Shown one piece after another: positions 9,975-21,400 of a DNA stretch of 64,000 bases. The DNA is from an uncultured Methanosarcinales archaeon. Its GTDB lineage: Archaea; Nanobdellota; Nanobdellia; Woesearchaeales; CAYMBN01. The notes below the pieces were generated by a model that ran no database searches, was not told the DNA's origin, and worked only from the letters and a program-made list of their open reading frames with translations. Made by a program: the position numbers and the translations under genes. Position 1 is the first letter of the stretch. Each line of letters opens with the position of its first letter. Location: positions 62,001 to 126,000 of the forward strand of contig CAYMBN010000003.1 of assembly GCA_964388715.1 (NCBI GenBank), written 5' to 3'.

Positions 9975-10626
9975 TTAAAATAATTCCTATTGCAATTAAA
10001 ACAATTGATAATGTTATAGTATTTGTTGAAATTTTGGTTAATAGGTCTGAAAATAATGGTGGAGGAAATATTGCGCCTAGCTTATCCCAACTTAACATGT
10101 TTAAATGTTCAAGTTGTGAAAAACAATTTCTGTGAAACCAATCAAAGTATTCTACAAAGTTTTTTGAAAGTGTGAGTTTTAAGAAGAAAATCCATATAGT
10201 AGTAAATATTCCTGAACCAATGAATGCATAACTAATTTTTTTGTATTCTCTATTTTTTATTAAAAGAATAAATGTTATGATTAGGATGACAATTGCAATG
10301 TTTAGTGTCCAAAGTGTTATCTTAACCATGTTTTTTATTTCAGAAAGATGGATTTTTTCTTTTTGGTTTATAATGTCTTGTTCGTTGATGAGGATGGAAA
10401 GTTGATCTCTGTTATCATTCATATATGTGATAATGTCTGTTGCAATATATTCTAGATGTTCTGATGAGAAATAAGTGTTAACTTTTTGTGAAATATTGTG
10501 TTTTGTAAATTCTTTTTTATGGAAGTCCATGTTTAGGCCGAGGTATTTTGCATTTCCAATAAATATTGTAAGAAATAAACTAATTGCTAATAAAACAGTT
10601 AATGTGTTTAACCATGTTTTTTTCAT
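9949..10626 (-). CDS. Integral membrane protein (DUF1461/TIGR01906-like)
   Basis: Four hydrophobic segments; EKIHLSEIK, F..YFDWFH, L..IFP..LF motifs. Confidence 0.6.
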   Translation of the reverse strand: MKKTWLNTLTVLLAISLFLTIFIGNAKYLGLNMDFHKKEFTKHNISQKVNTYFSSEHLEYIATDIITYMNDNRDQLSILINEQDIINQKEKIHLSEIKNMVKITLWTLNIAIVILIITFILLIKNREYKKISYAFIGSGIFTTIWIFFLKLTLSKNFVEYFDWFHRNCFSQLEHLNMLSWDKLGAIFPPPLFSDLLTKISTNTITLSIVLIAIGIILINYKHSDH

Positions 10627-10676
10627 AATAGAATAAAAGAGTTAATTATATATAAATGTTGATGTTTATTTTGTTT

Positions 10677-11162
10677 ATGACATATTATGATGAGATATCT
10701 GAAGGGTATGAAGAGTTGCATAGAGAAGAACAGTTAAAGAAAGTTAAGTTGATTAGGAAATTGATTAAAGTTGATTCCAGTGATAAGTTATTGGATGTTG
10801 GTTGTGGTACAGGTGTTACAACTGTTGGTTGGGGTTGTGAATTATATGGGTTAGATCCTGCGAAAAAGTTGTTGGAGCGGGCTGTTGATAAGGATAAGAT
10901 AACTTATGTAAACGCAGAAGCAGAGAATATTCCGTTTGAAGATGGTTTTTTTGATTGGGTTATTAGTATTACTGCAATACAAAACTTTCGTGATATTGAA
11001 AAAGGTTTGAAAGAGATAAAAAGAGTTGGAAAAGGTAAGTTTGTTCTGACTTTTCTGAAGAAGTCTGCGAAGTGTGAAGAGATTAAGGAATTAATTATGA
11101 AGATATTTGATGTTGATGCTGTTGTTGAAGAGGAAAAGGATTTGATTTTTGTTGTTGAATAG
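10677..11162 (+). CDS. Class I SAM-dependent methyltransferase
   Basis: LLDVGCGTG, GLDP and AENIPFEDGFFD motifs. Confidence 0.9.
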   Translation: MTYYDEISEGYEELHREEQLKKVKLIRKLIKVDSSDKLLDVGCGTGVTTVGWGCELYGLDPAKKLLERAVDKDKITYVNAEAENIPFEDGFFDWVISITAIQNFRDIEKGLKEIKRVGKGKFVLTFLKKSAKCEEIKELIMKIFDVDAVVEEEKDLIFVVE

Positions 11163-11199
11163 GGAAAATTATTTAAAATCTGATGCATAAGTCCTTCTT

Positions 11200-11859
11200 A
11201 TGCAATACAAAGAGTTATTTCTTAAGGAATTTGAGAAATTGGATAAAGAGGATACTTGGGTTATTGTGCCGATTGGGACATTAGAGTGGCATGGAAGTCA
11301 TTTACCGTTAGGGACTGATGCTATATTGGCAAGATGTTTATGTGAAATACTTTCTAAAAAAATAAAGTCAGTTGTTTTACCAACATTATATTTTGGAACA
11401 TGTACAAAAGAAGGTGATTTTATAGGAATGGAAAGAAAGGTAAACCATTATCTTAAAGGATGTATCTATTATATGGATCATGACTTTTTTTTAGAATTTT
11501 TACAGAAAGTTGTGAGAAATATTAAGAAACAAGGTTTTAAGAAAATAATGGTTTTTTCTGGTCACATTGGTACAAAACAGACTGAGACTCTGGGAAGATT
11601 AGAACAAAATGAAAAAATAAAAGTTTTTCATCCAAAGAATCTTTTAGATGATCCTGGACATCATGCTGGAGATATTGAAACTTCCATATTATATTATTTA
11701 AGACCTGATTTAATTGAAAAGTCAAAACAGCAACCAGAGAATGAAGATATGGTAAAATTAATGGGTTGTGATCCAAGAGATAAAGCAAGTAAAGAGTTAG
11801 GAGAAAAATTAGTTAACAAAATGATTGATAATATTCTTGAGGATATTAAAAATGCATAA
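11200..11859 (+). CDS. Creatininase/amidohydrolase family protein
   Basis: PIGTLEWHGSHLPLGTD, SGHIG and HAGDIETS motifs. Confidence 0.9.
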   Translation: MQYKELFLKEFEKLDKEDTWVIVPIGTLEWHGSHLPLGTDAILARCLCEILSKKIKSVVLPTLYFGTCTKEGDFIGMERKVNHYLKGCIYYMDHDFFLEFLQKVVRNIKKQGFKKIMVFSGHIGTKQTETLGRLEQNEKIKVFHPKNLLDDPGHHAGDIETSILYYLRPDLIEKSKQQPENEDMVKLMGCDPRDKASKELGEKLVNKMIDNILEDIKNA

Positions 11860-12343
11860 AGCTTATCCACGTCAAGTGATACTTGTATCTTGTAGAGGTA
11901 ATGTAGAGGATAGTGCTGGTAAGAAAGTTGTTAAGGACAATATAATTACTCTAAGTTGGCATACTCCTTGTTCATTTAATCCGCATATTTATGCAATATC
12001 TGTTGGAAAAGAACGGTTTTCTTACAAACTTATACATAAATCAAAGGTTTTTGTTGTTAATTTTATGGCACAAGAATTTGAAAAACAAATCTTGTTTTGT
12101 GGTAGGAATTCTGGCAGATTTAATGATAAGTTTGATAAGTGTGGTTTTACTAAACATGAAGCAGAGAAAGTTGATTGTTGTGTAATTGGAGATGCTCTTG
12201 CTTATTATGAATGTCAAGTTGTAAATGAAGTTGAAGTAGGTGATCATGTTTTGATTATTGGGAAGGTGCTTCATAAGAAGGAGATTAAGAAAGGAAAAAA
12301 ATTGTTTCAAGTTAAAGGCGATAATTTTACAACAACTACCTAA
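11852..12343 (+). CDS. Flavin reductase-like (flavoredoxin) protein
   Basis: YPRQVILVSC, CGRNSGR and EC...GDH motifs. Confidence 0.85.
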   Translation: MHKAYPRQVILVSCRGNVEDSAGKKVVKDNIITLSWHTPCSFNPHIYAISVGKERFSYKLIHKSKVFVVNFMAQEFEKQILFCGRNSGRFNDKFDKCGFTKHEAEKVDCCVIGDALAYYECQVVNEVEVGDHVLIIGKVLHKKEIKKGKKLFQVKGDNFTTTT

Positions 12344-12395
12344 AACAAAAAGATTTTTAAAAGATAAGATTTTGTTTGTATTAAAGGTTGATAGA

Positions 12396-12782
12396 ATGAT
12401 GGAAGATACTCAAAAAATAAATAAGCTTGCTGAAACATTGAAAAATAGCGGGCTTGCTGCTTCTATGACAGAGGCAGTTAGACGTGCAAAAGAGATAATT
12501 GGTGTGGAAACTGTTCCTGAAGTCGATGTTCCAAAAACAACTACTCAAGTTGCTAAAGAAATGTCTACAGATGAAATAATTGAAGCAACAAATAAGAGAA
12601 TGAAAGAATATACTGAACAGGTTCAAGCTAATAATCTTAGGCAACCTTCAATGGATGATAATTCTAAAGAATCTTCAAAAGAAACTAGTTTAGAAGGATT
12701 TCAGAATTTTATAAAAAAAGAAGAAGAAAAAGAGTCTAAAAAGGAACAATCTGATGAAGACATTATAATTGAGGAAGTTTGA
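12396..12782 (+). CDS. Hypothetical protein
   Basis: Coding-like ORF from ATG 12396 with acidic tail. Confidence 0.65.
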   Translation: MMEDTQKINKLAETLKNSGLAASMTEAVRRAKEIIGVETVPEVDVPKTTTQVAKEMSTDEIIEATNKRMKEYTEQVQANNLRQPSMDDNSKESSKETSLEGFQNFIKKEEEKESKKEQSDEDIIIEEV

Positions 12783-12925
12783 TCATTTTTTCTGTTTTTT
12801 GTCCCATTGTTGTGACAAAGTTTAAGGCGTTTCTCGTCTAAAAATCAAAACATTTATATATAATAATACTACTCTTAAGTAAAAAGTATTGTTATTATCC
12901 AATAACAAAATGGGGGTATTAAAAA

Positions 12926-15316
12926 ATGAGAAAACTATTGATTGTATTTTTAATGTTAGTTGCGCTTGCATTTAGTGTTAGTGCTGCTGGAAACTTAACT
13001 GTGACACCAGCAACTGCTTCTCACACTGGAAATATTAGTGAGAGTATCACAGGAACACTAACTTTAGAGAATGCAGATGCAAACAATAATTTGACAGTAA
13101 CATTTCCAGAAACTGTCAGTTTTGACGCTGGAACCAACTCTAATATAACTAATATGGGAGTTACATATAAAGATGGTGCAACAAGTCTGCCATCTGTTGT
13201 TGTGGTAAATGGTGTTCCAAAAGAGATTAATTACACTTTTACTGTTCAAAATAAATATGCAGAACAATATGACAATGGGTTCCTTAATTTTACAACAAAT
13301 CAAGCAGGAAGTTATGATGATTTAGTTCTTGATCTTACAGTTAATCCAGAGGAAGCATTAACTGTTACAGCTGCTACCTTAAATGTAAAACAAGGTACAA
13401 CTGGTATATTAAGTGCTAATGTTGCAAATTCAGGTAATTTTGAAGTTGACATTACAAGTACTTCATATGGTACATTCTCAAAGTCAGAAAGTCTTAATTT
13501 GAGTGCACCTACTGTATCTGATAATCTAGGAGCACAGATTGCTTTTGGTGAAAGTGATGATCTTAACTTGACATTTGATATTCTTCCAAATCAATCAATA
13601 GGAGAATATAAAACAGATCTTGTTATTGAATATGATGGAAAGAATGTTACAAAAGAACTAAAAGTTAATGTTCAACAAAGAAATGAAAAAATTGCAGTAA
13701 GTACATCAACAGCTGATTTTGTGTTATATCCTTCACAAACAAATGCAGCTAATGTTGAATTTACCTTGAAGAATGATGGAGATGTTCCTCTTGCAGGTAT
13801 TACAATGGAAGCAACTGATTTTATTGGAACAAATGAAAATGTTTCTAGTACAGGACTAACAACAAGTTCATTTGATCTTGATGCACAAGAAGAAAAGAAC
13901 GAAACATTAGCACTTAGTTTGTACGGAGATAATCATTCACTTGGAACATATACTGCAACATTAACTGTACATTTCCCTAAATATGTTAATAATGCATGGA
14001 TAACTGAGAATGAAACATTTGAGCTAAAGTTTACAACAAGGACACCTCAATATGAATTTAGTGTGACAGGAGATACAAGTTTCCCTGAAAGTGAAAGAAA
14101 TGTAACTGTTTCAAGAACATTTACAGTAGCAAATACAGGAGATTATGACATCAATAATCTGAATGTAACTTTTTCAGGAAGTTCAACATACAATGTATCA
14201 GTTTCAGAAATTTCTCCAGCTGGAAAAGATTTAAGTCATTCAAATGATGAGTCAACAACTGTAACTGTGACAGCATTTGTACCACTAAATCAAAACTCTG
14301 GTCAAAGATCAATTGGAGAACTAAAGTTCACATCAAATGAATATAATAAATCATTCAATATCTATGAGAATGCTAGGTCAAAGCTTGATATCAAGGCTGT
14401 TGATGTTAAAGTTGACGGTGACAAAGATAAAAACGTAGCAGATAATGCTGTTGTTAAGTATGAAGCAGTACCTGGCTCTGAAGTAGAAATTACTGTTGAA
14501 ATTGAAAATTTATTTACAGATGCTGAAGACCTTGACATTGATAATATTGAAACAACAATAACATTCAAAGATTTTGATGATGAAGATGATGAAGAGTTTG
14601 AGTTAGATGAACTTGACATCAGTGCTAATGATGATAAAGCAAAATCTGTTGAATTTGTTTTACCAATTGAAATTGAAAGTGGTAATCACAAAGTAATTAT
14701 TGAAGTTGAAGGTGAAGACGACAAGAATGCAAGACACTATGTTACAAAAGAAATTACAATTGAAGTTGAGAAAAGTACACACGACTTAAGAATTACCAAA
14801 GCAGAACTAGGAAGTTCAACATTAAGATGTGTAAGAAGTACTACACTGAATGTTAAGATACAAAATCTTGGTGAAAAAGACGAAGATGAGATCATGCTTA
14901 AAATATTAAGTTCTGATCTTGGATTAGATATTACTGAGAAATATCTTGAACTAGATGCTGATAGTGGTGACGAATGGTCAAAGTCTTATCCAATTTCATT
15001 AAGTGATGAATTTGCAACAGGAGTTTATAACATTGAAGTAAGTGTTTACCATGATAAAGATGAAATTGATGACATATCAACTGCTAAGTTAACAATTGAT
15101 GAATGTAGTGAAGAGGAAGAAGAAGTTATTGTAACTCCTACAACTGGAACTGGTGATACAGATACAACTGGCGGAGAAGTAACAATTGATGAAGAATTAA
15201 CAGAAACAACTGAAACAGGATTTGCTGATAGTGGAATGTATGTTGTAGTATTAGCAGTAATAATGGTTGTTATGTTAGTAGCAATTATCTGGTTAGGAGC
15301 AAAATATTTAATTTAA
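12926..15316 (+). CDS. Secreted multi-Ig-domain surface glycoprotein with C-terminal membrane anchor
   Basis: Signal peptide, repeated ..N.G(D/N) Ig/CARDB-like motifs, many N-x-S/T sequons, Thr-rich linker, C-terminal TM helix. Confidence 0.8.
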   Translation: MRKLLIVFLMLVALAFSVSAAGNLTVTPATASHTGNISESITGTLTLENADANNNLTVTFPETVSFDAGTNSNITNMGVTYKDGATSLPSVVVVNGVPKEINYTFTVQNKYAEQYDNGFLNFTTNQAGSYDDLVLDLTVNPEEALTVTAATLNVKQGTTGILSANVANSGNFEVDITSTSYGTFSKSESLNLSAPTVSDNLGAQIAFGESDDLNLTFDILPNQSIGEYKTDLVIEYDGKNVTKELKVNVQQRNEKIAVSTSTADFVLYPSQTNAANVEFTLKNDGDVPLAGITMEATDFIGTNENVSSTGLTTSSFDLDAQEEKNETLALSLYGDNHSLGTYTATLTVHFPKYVNNAWITENETFELKFTTRTPQYEFSVTGDTSFPESERNVTVSRTFTVANTGDYDINNLNVTFSGSSTYNVSVSEISPAGKDLSHSNDESTTVTVTAFVPLNQNSGQRSIGELKFTSNEYNKSFNIYENARSKLDIKAVDVKVDGDKDKNVADNAVVKYEAVPGSEVEITVEIENLFTDAEDLDIDNIETTITFKDFDDEDDEEFELDELDISANDDKAKSVEFVLPIEIESGNHKVIIEVEGEDDKNARHYVTKEITIEVEKSTHDLRITKAELGSSTLRCVRSTTLNVKIQNLGEKDEDEIMLKILSSDLGLDITEKYLELDADSGDEWSKSYPISLSDEFATGVYNIEVSVYHDKDEIDDISTAKLTIDECSEEEEEVIVTPTTGTGDTDTTGGEVTIDEELTETTETGFADSGMYVVVLAVIMVVMLVAIIWLGAKYLI

Positions 15317-15345
15317 TTTTTTTATTTTATTTACTTTTTTAATTA

Positions 15346-16155
15346 TTATTTCTTTTTTCCTATTAAGAATTCACGCATTCTACTTACAAAAGCAGATGCT
15401 TCTCTATAATAATTTTCAAATTCCTGACCTTTTACTTCTCTTATCTGTCTGTGGGTAATCATTTTGCTGAGTTTGTAAAAGTGTCGCATTGTTGCTACAT
15501 AACGTTTTTCAAGAAGGTGTTTTTTAACCATCTTTTTTTCAAGCATATCTGCAACTAATTCTGGTTCTGTTGGAACTTCTCCTAATCGCATTAATGCTGC
15601 ATGTGCTGCGTCAATTACAGCCCAATAAAGGTCGACTGTTGCTTGTAACAAGTGCCATTTTGCATTTGTTAATGTTCTTGGAGCACGTCCAAAGTAATTG
15701 TTAACTGCTTCTTCTGTTGGACGGATTCTACCTTGTCTAAGTAACATTTGTAATGGGTCAAAAAGACCAGTATCAAGTACTGCAATACCATCCCTTAACA
15801 TGTTTATTCCAACTGGGTCTCCTGAACGGATATATTCCCAAAAGTTGGTTAATTTTAAACTAATAACATGTAATTTTGTAGATGTTTGTGTAATTACTTT
15901 TTCAGTTATTATTCTGTAAGCTTCAACAATCTCCTGAGTCATTATAATGCTTAGATCATCAACAATAACAAGTACATCAATGTCCCCTTCTTTACTTCTA
16001 GTACCTTTTGAAGAACTACCAAATAAAACAACTGTTTTTAAGAAATCTCCTAATTCTTTGTAAAGGAGTTTTGCGAAGTTTCTAACAATATCAAGCTCAT
16101 CTTTTGGGTAATTTCCGAGATTTGGGTTCTCTGGTTTTTGGATTTTAAACTCCAT
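15346..16155 (-). CDS. Minimal nucleotidyltransferase fused to a HEPN-like domain
   Basis: VLFGS...GDIDVLVIVDD (MNT); C-terminal helical region LYWAVIDAAHAALM. Confidence 0.75.
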   Translation of the reverse strand: MEFKIQKPENPNLGNYPKDELDIVRNFAKLLYKELGDFLKTVVLFGSSSKGTRSKEGDIDVLVIVDDLSIIMTQEIVEAYRIITEKVITQTSTKLHVISLKLTNFWEYIRSGDPVGINMLRDGIAVLDTGLFDPLQMLLRQGRIRPTEEAVNNYFGRAPRTLTNAKWHLLQATVDLYWAVIDAAHAALMRLGEVPTEPELVADMLEKKMVKKHLLEKRYVATMRHFYKLSKMITHRQIREVKGQEFENYYREASAFVSRMREFLIGKKK

Positions 16156-16262
16156 GATATCAGTAAATACTGAATATAGCTATATAAACCTTTTTGACTA
16201 TCCTCGAGTGATATACTTTTTAAATGATAATATTTAAATAAAACAAAAAGGTTGTTGATTAT

Positions 16263-17123
16263 ATGTTATGGTTAATTGTTGCTTTACTAACTGCATTCTT
16301 TGCTGGTACATTAGATGCTATTAGTAAAAAGGTTGTTAGGGTTTTTGATGAATATTTTGTTGTCTGGGTAAGAGTTAGTTTTTCACTTCCTTTTTTACTT
16401 GTGGTATTGTTTTATTTTGGAATTCCAACTATTGATCCAAGATTTTGGTTAGCACTTTTTGTTTTAATTCCAATTAATATATTTGCAAATGTACTTTATA
16501 TCAAAGCAATAAAAGTTTCTCCTTTATCATTAACTATACCTTTTTTAGCTCTAACACCTATTTTTCTTATTGGGGTTAGTTATTTAATGTTAAATGAGTT
16601 ACCTACTGCTATTGGCACAATTGGAATTTTTTTAGTTGTTTTTGGTGCTTATTCTATGAATCTAGCTAAGAGTAAACAAGGTTTTTTTGCGCCATTTAAA
16701 GCAATATTACATGAAAAAGGGTCATGGTATATGGTTATTGTTGCTTTTATTTTTGCAATAACAGCTACTCTTGGGAAAGTATGTATACAATATTCTAGTC
16801 CTGCTTTTCTTGCATTTATTCTTTATTTTTTTTCTAGTATAATTTTGTTTTTATTTTTGATCAAAAGAAAGCATAATTTTAAATTAGTTAAACAAAATAA
16901 AAATATTTTATTACTTTTAGGAATTTTTGCTGCTCTCATGGTTACCTTTCATAATATAGGTGTGATGATGACAATTGTACCTTATTTTATATCTATCAAA
17001 AGGACAGGAATGATATTTGCTATTTTTTATGGGTACTTTATTTTTAAAGAAAAGAATATTAAGGAAAGATTGTTTGGTGCAAGTTTAATGGTTCTTGGAG
17101 TTATTTTAATAAGTCTTTTTTAG
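16263..17123 (+). CDS. EamA/DMT family transporter
   Basis: About 10 TM helices in two repeats; C-terminal FKEK motif. Confidence 0.85.
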   Translation: MLWLIVALLTAFFAGTLDAISKKVVRVFDEYFVVWVRVSFSLPFLLVVLFYFGIPTIDPRFWLALFVLIPINIFANVLYIKAIKVSPLSLTIPFLALTPIFLIGVSYLMLNELPTAIGTIGIFLVVFGAYSMNLAKSKQGFFAPFKAILHEKGSWYMVIVAFIFAITATLGKVCIQYSSPAFLAFILYFFSSIILFLFLIKRKHNFKLVKQNKNILLLLGIFAALMVTFHNIGVMMTIVPYFISIKRTGMIFAIFYGYFIFKEKNIKERLFGASLMVLGVILISLF

Positions 17124-17161
17124 ACGGAAGATTTATAAATTGACTCAGGTTTTTGTGTATT

Positions 17162-17866
17162 ATGAGGGGGAAATATAATAAGATAATTAGTGGAATTAGA
17201 AGGTACTTTAAACAAGCTGGTTTTAGTAAAGCTGTGATTGGAGTAAGTGGTGGAATAGATTCTGCTGTTTGTTTAAAGCTTTGTGTTGATAGTTTGGGTA
17301 GTAAGAATGTTTTTGCACTCTTAATGCCTGAGAAAGGTTTGACTAGCAAGGAAAGTGTTAGAGATGCAATTGATTTGTGTGATTTATTGAATATTAAGTT
17401 TAAGATTGTTCCAATTAATACTTTTATTAAACCGTTTTCTAAGTTAAAGCAGAATAAGTTTGCTAGGATTAATGTTAAGCCAAGAGTTAGGAGTTGTATT
17501 TTGTATAATTATGCAAATACAAACAAATGTCTTGTAGTAGGATGTAGTAATAAGTCAGAGTTAATGATTGGTTATGGTACAAAACATGGTGATCTTGCTT
17601 GTGATATAATGCCGATTGGAAGTTTGTATAAGACTGATGTTGTTAAGTTAGCTGAATTTTTGAAAATTCCAAAAGGAATTGTTGATAAAATACCTTCTGC
17701 TGAATTGTTTAAAGGGCAGACAGATGAAAAAGAGCTTGGTGCAAGTTATGAATTAATAGATAAGGTTTTGAAAGGTGGAAAATCTAATTCACAGTTAATG
17801 AGAAAGATTAAAAAAAGAGTAAAGAATAATAAACATAAAAGTGAGGTTGCTTATATAATAAAATGA
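17162..17866 (+). CDS. nadE: NH3-dependent NAD+ synthetase
   Basis: SGGIDS, NVKPRVR, NKSE...GYGTKHGD and PSAEL...QTDE motifs. Confidence 0.95.
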   Translation: MRGKYNKIISGIRRYFKQAGFSKAVIGVSGGIDSAVCLKLCVDSLGSKNVFALLMPEKGLTSKESVRDAIDLCDLLNIKFKIVPINTFIKPFSKLKQNKFARINVKPRVRSCILYNYANTNKCLVVGCSNKSELMIGYGTKHGDLACDIMPIGSLYKTDVVKLAEFLKIPKGIVDKIPSAELFKGQTDEKELGASYELIDKVLKGGKSNSQLMRKIKKRVKNNKHKSEVAYIIK

Positions 17867-18378
17867 CAACAGGATTTTTTATTGGAAGGTTTCAACCATT
17901 GCATAATGGACATTTGAAGGTAATTAAGAAAGCACTTGATGAAGTTAATTTGTTAATTATTGCAATTGGAAGTACTGAAAAAAGTTATCTAAAAGATAAT
18001 CCGTTTACAACTGGTGAACGGGTTGAAATGATTAAGAGAACTTTGGATAATGAGGGAATTGATGCTGGAAAGTATTTGATAATTCCAATACGTGATATAA
18101 ATAATTATAGTACTTGGGTGAGTCATGTTGAGATGTATTGTCCTAAGTTTACTGTTGTTTATACTGGAAGTCCTATTACAAAAATGTTGTTTGAGAATAA
18201 AGGAAATGGTTACGTTGTTAAATATGTTAAGAAAGTTGAAGGAATTAGTTCAAGTATTGTTAGAGAAAAAATGTTGAAAAGAGAAAATTGGCAAGAATTG
18301 ATTCCTGAAAAGGTTGTTGAATTTCTTAATGGAATAGATTCTGAGAAAAGAATAAAAGATATTGCTGTGAAGGATTGA
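17863..18378 (+). CDS. nadM: Nicotinamide-nucleotide adenylyltransferase (archaeal NadM type)
   Basis: GRFQPLHNGH, NPFTTGER and ISSS..R motifs. Confidence 0.9.
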   Translation: MTTGFFIGRFQPLHNGHLKVIKKALDEVNLLIIAIGSTEKSYLKDNPFTTGERVEMIKRTLDNEGIDAGKYLIIPIRDINNYSTWVSHVEMYCPKFTVVYTGSPITKMLFENKGNGYVVKYVKKVEGISSSIVREKMLKRENWQELIPEKVVEFLNGIDSEKRIKDIAVKD

Positions 18379-18460
18379 TTTCTTAGCAAAAGGTTTATAT
18401 ATCAGTATACTATTTAATATACTAACTTTACTTTAAAAAAGAAAAAAAGAGGTGCGTACG

Positions 18461-21400
18461 ATGAAAAAGTTTTTATCTATTTTAGTAATTTTAATTTTGG
18501 CTTGTTCTTTTGTTGTTTTTGCTGAAGGAGAAGAAGGTGGTAATGTTGCTCCAGCTCCAGAGCCAGCTCCAGAGCCACCAAAGGAAGAGCCTGCTCCTGC
18601 TCCAGAACCAGAGCCTGTGCATGAACCAGAACCTAGGCATGAGCCAGTTCCAATGCCAGAGCCAATAAATGATTTTAAGGAACCAGAGCCAATGCATGAA
18701 CCTCCAATGGATGATCATATGCCTGAACCAGTGCATTACGATGATGATATGCATCATGAACCTCCAAAGGATGATCATATGCATGAACCAATGCCTTATG
18801 AAGGACCAAAACCATATGAAGAATTTCGTGATGAGTTTGATCAACATGATGATCGACATAAAGAATTTGATAATGTAGGAGAAGGTTTTGATGATTTCTA
18901 TGATAAAAAACCTTATGATGATAGAATGCCAAGACCTGAACCAATGCCTTATGAAGATCATAGACACGATGAACCTGAAAGAGAAGGTTGTTGGGTAGGT
19001 GATAGACAAGTTCCTTGTCCTGGTCAAGGACGAGCTGATTTTAAAGAAAGACATGATGTAAGAGAAGGTTGTAAAGAAATTTTTGATCCTGTTTCTGGAA
19101 CAATTCATTTAGAATGTGAAAAAAGATTTGAAAGAGAATGTCCACCATTTGATGAAGGAAAGAAAGAAGAGTGTGATAAAAATGGTGGTTTTCCTGAAGT
19201 AAGAAGAAATCACAGAGGATGTGAATTTGTTGAATGTAGGTTTGAGGAACAAAAAGAAAAGGATTTCTTTGAAACATCTGAAAGAGAATGTCCATCTTCT
19301 GAGGAAATGGATCGTGTTAGTGCTAAATGTAAAAGCATGGGTATGGATTCAGTTATAAAAAGGGATGGTTATTGTGAACATGTTGAGTGTGTTGATGAAT
19401 ATAAAGATTTTGAAGATAAAGGAAAAAGATGTGCTGAAGATGATCCTGGTTTTAGAAGGAAAATAAGAGATGAATGTACTGAAGGTGGTGGAAGACCTGT
19501 TAAGGATTTTGATCCAATGGGTTGTCCAATAACAAAATGTGTACATTCTGAAGAAGATAGAGAACAATTTTGTAAAAAGGATATTCCTAAAGAAGTATAT
19601 GAACAGTGTGAAAAAGATGGTGGTAGGGAAGTCGCACAAAGAGATGAGCATGGATGTGTTGTTTTTTCAAGATGTGTTATAAGAGGAGATGAAAAGAAAG
19701 TTAAGTTTGAAAAAGTTGAAAAAGTTCCAGAAGCGTCAAAGGTACTTCAGATTGTACTTAAACTAGATGCATTGAAGATGGAATTAGATAAGTTAGCAGA
19801 GACTGTTAAAGGAATCGGTGGTTATTATGAAGAAAATGGTGATGAAACAACTGCATCTAATTATGAAAAAGCATCTGGTATGTTTGCTGCTACCAAAGAT
19901 AAAATTGATGAGATTAAAGCAAAATTAAAAGATAAATTAACTACAATGACTCACCAAGATCTTTATGATATTAAGCATGATGTTAAATATATCCAGGAAG
20001 TAGTTATGAAGGATATTATCTGGGTTATGCTTGGTGGGGAAGGATCATCAGGTGCAACATTAGATGAAGATGACTTTGAAAAAGCTGAAGAGTTAAGAGG
20101 AGATGAAGGATTTGTTGATTGTGGTTATGATGAGTGGTGTTTTGATAAACAAGTCAGAGTGTGTAATCCTGCATTGTTTAAACCAGATGAAGAAACAGAA
20201 GTTTCTATAAGAGGTATGGTTGAAACAAATTGTATAATTAAGATTGATAGAGAAGGAATGGGTATGGGATGTGAATATCCTAATTATGCATTTGGAATAA
20301 GGGATAAGAATGATTTATTCCCTCATTGTGAAGGACCACTTAAGGATATAATTAAAGAGTATGGTGATGATGAAGGTCCAAGGGATGACCATAGGAAATA
20401 TAAAAAGGAATTTAAAGGACCTAAGCCAAGGAAAGAGGAGTGGAAATGTTGCCAAGGATTACCTCAAGCATGTATTGTTAAAGGAGAGGAAAGTTGTCCA
20501 CTTGGAACAAGAGATGTTCAATATGGTGAATGTCCTGAAACCTTTGGAAGTGATAATTGTGTTGGACATACAAATGGTGAGATGATTTTCTGTAGAGAAA
20601 CTGAAACCAGTGCTGGAACATGTTATCCTGGTCAACATGGTGATATTGTTGATGATGGATCTAGACCACCACCAGATTATACAAATAAAGAAGAACGATG
20701 TATGATGGAATGTGTTCCTCCTGATGTAAGATGTGGAACTCCTTCAGGTGATGCTATCTGTTTAAAATGTGAAAAGAAATGTACTAAATTCTATGAAGGG
20801 CCTTGTTTAACAGACGAAAAATGGAAAGAGATAGAAAGTGATTGTATGAATAAAGGATCTCACATGGAAACTGAACCAGTTGTAGGAGAGTCTGATGATG
20901 GACGAAGATGTGTAACAGGTCTTAAGTGTATTGATAGGTCTGATGAATGGGGAGATCAACCTGCTGGTGATTGTTTAACAGACAGTGAATATAAAGAGAA
21001 AAAGGCAGGATGTAGAGAAAAGTATGGATCTGGTGCTGGTGATAAACCTGTAATGGGTAATTCTGGAAAAGGTTATGATTGTATTATTGATATAGAATGT
21101 ATTGATCATAGCTTACCTGAACCAGATACATCTGGTTTGGATCAAGAATGTATTGATGCTGGTGCTCTTTCACAAGAAGCATGTGATCAACATTTGAAAG
21201 ATGTGGAAGAGGTTGAACCTAAATGTGGTGACTGTGCATCTAAATGTCCTGGATCTTCAAGTACAGATTGTGTAAATGGTGAATGTAAATGTTATTATGA
21301 GGAACCAGAACCTGTTGTTGAGGAAGAACCTGAACCAGAAGTAGAAGAAACTGAACCTGAAACAGGAGCTGGGCCAGAAACACCTGAGCCAGAACCAGAG

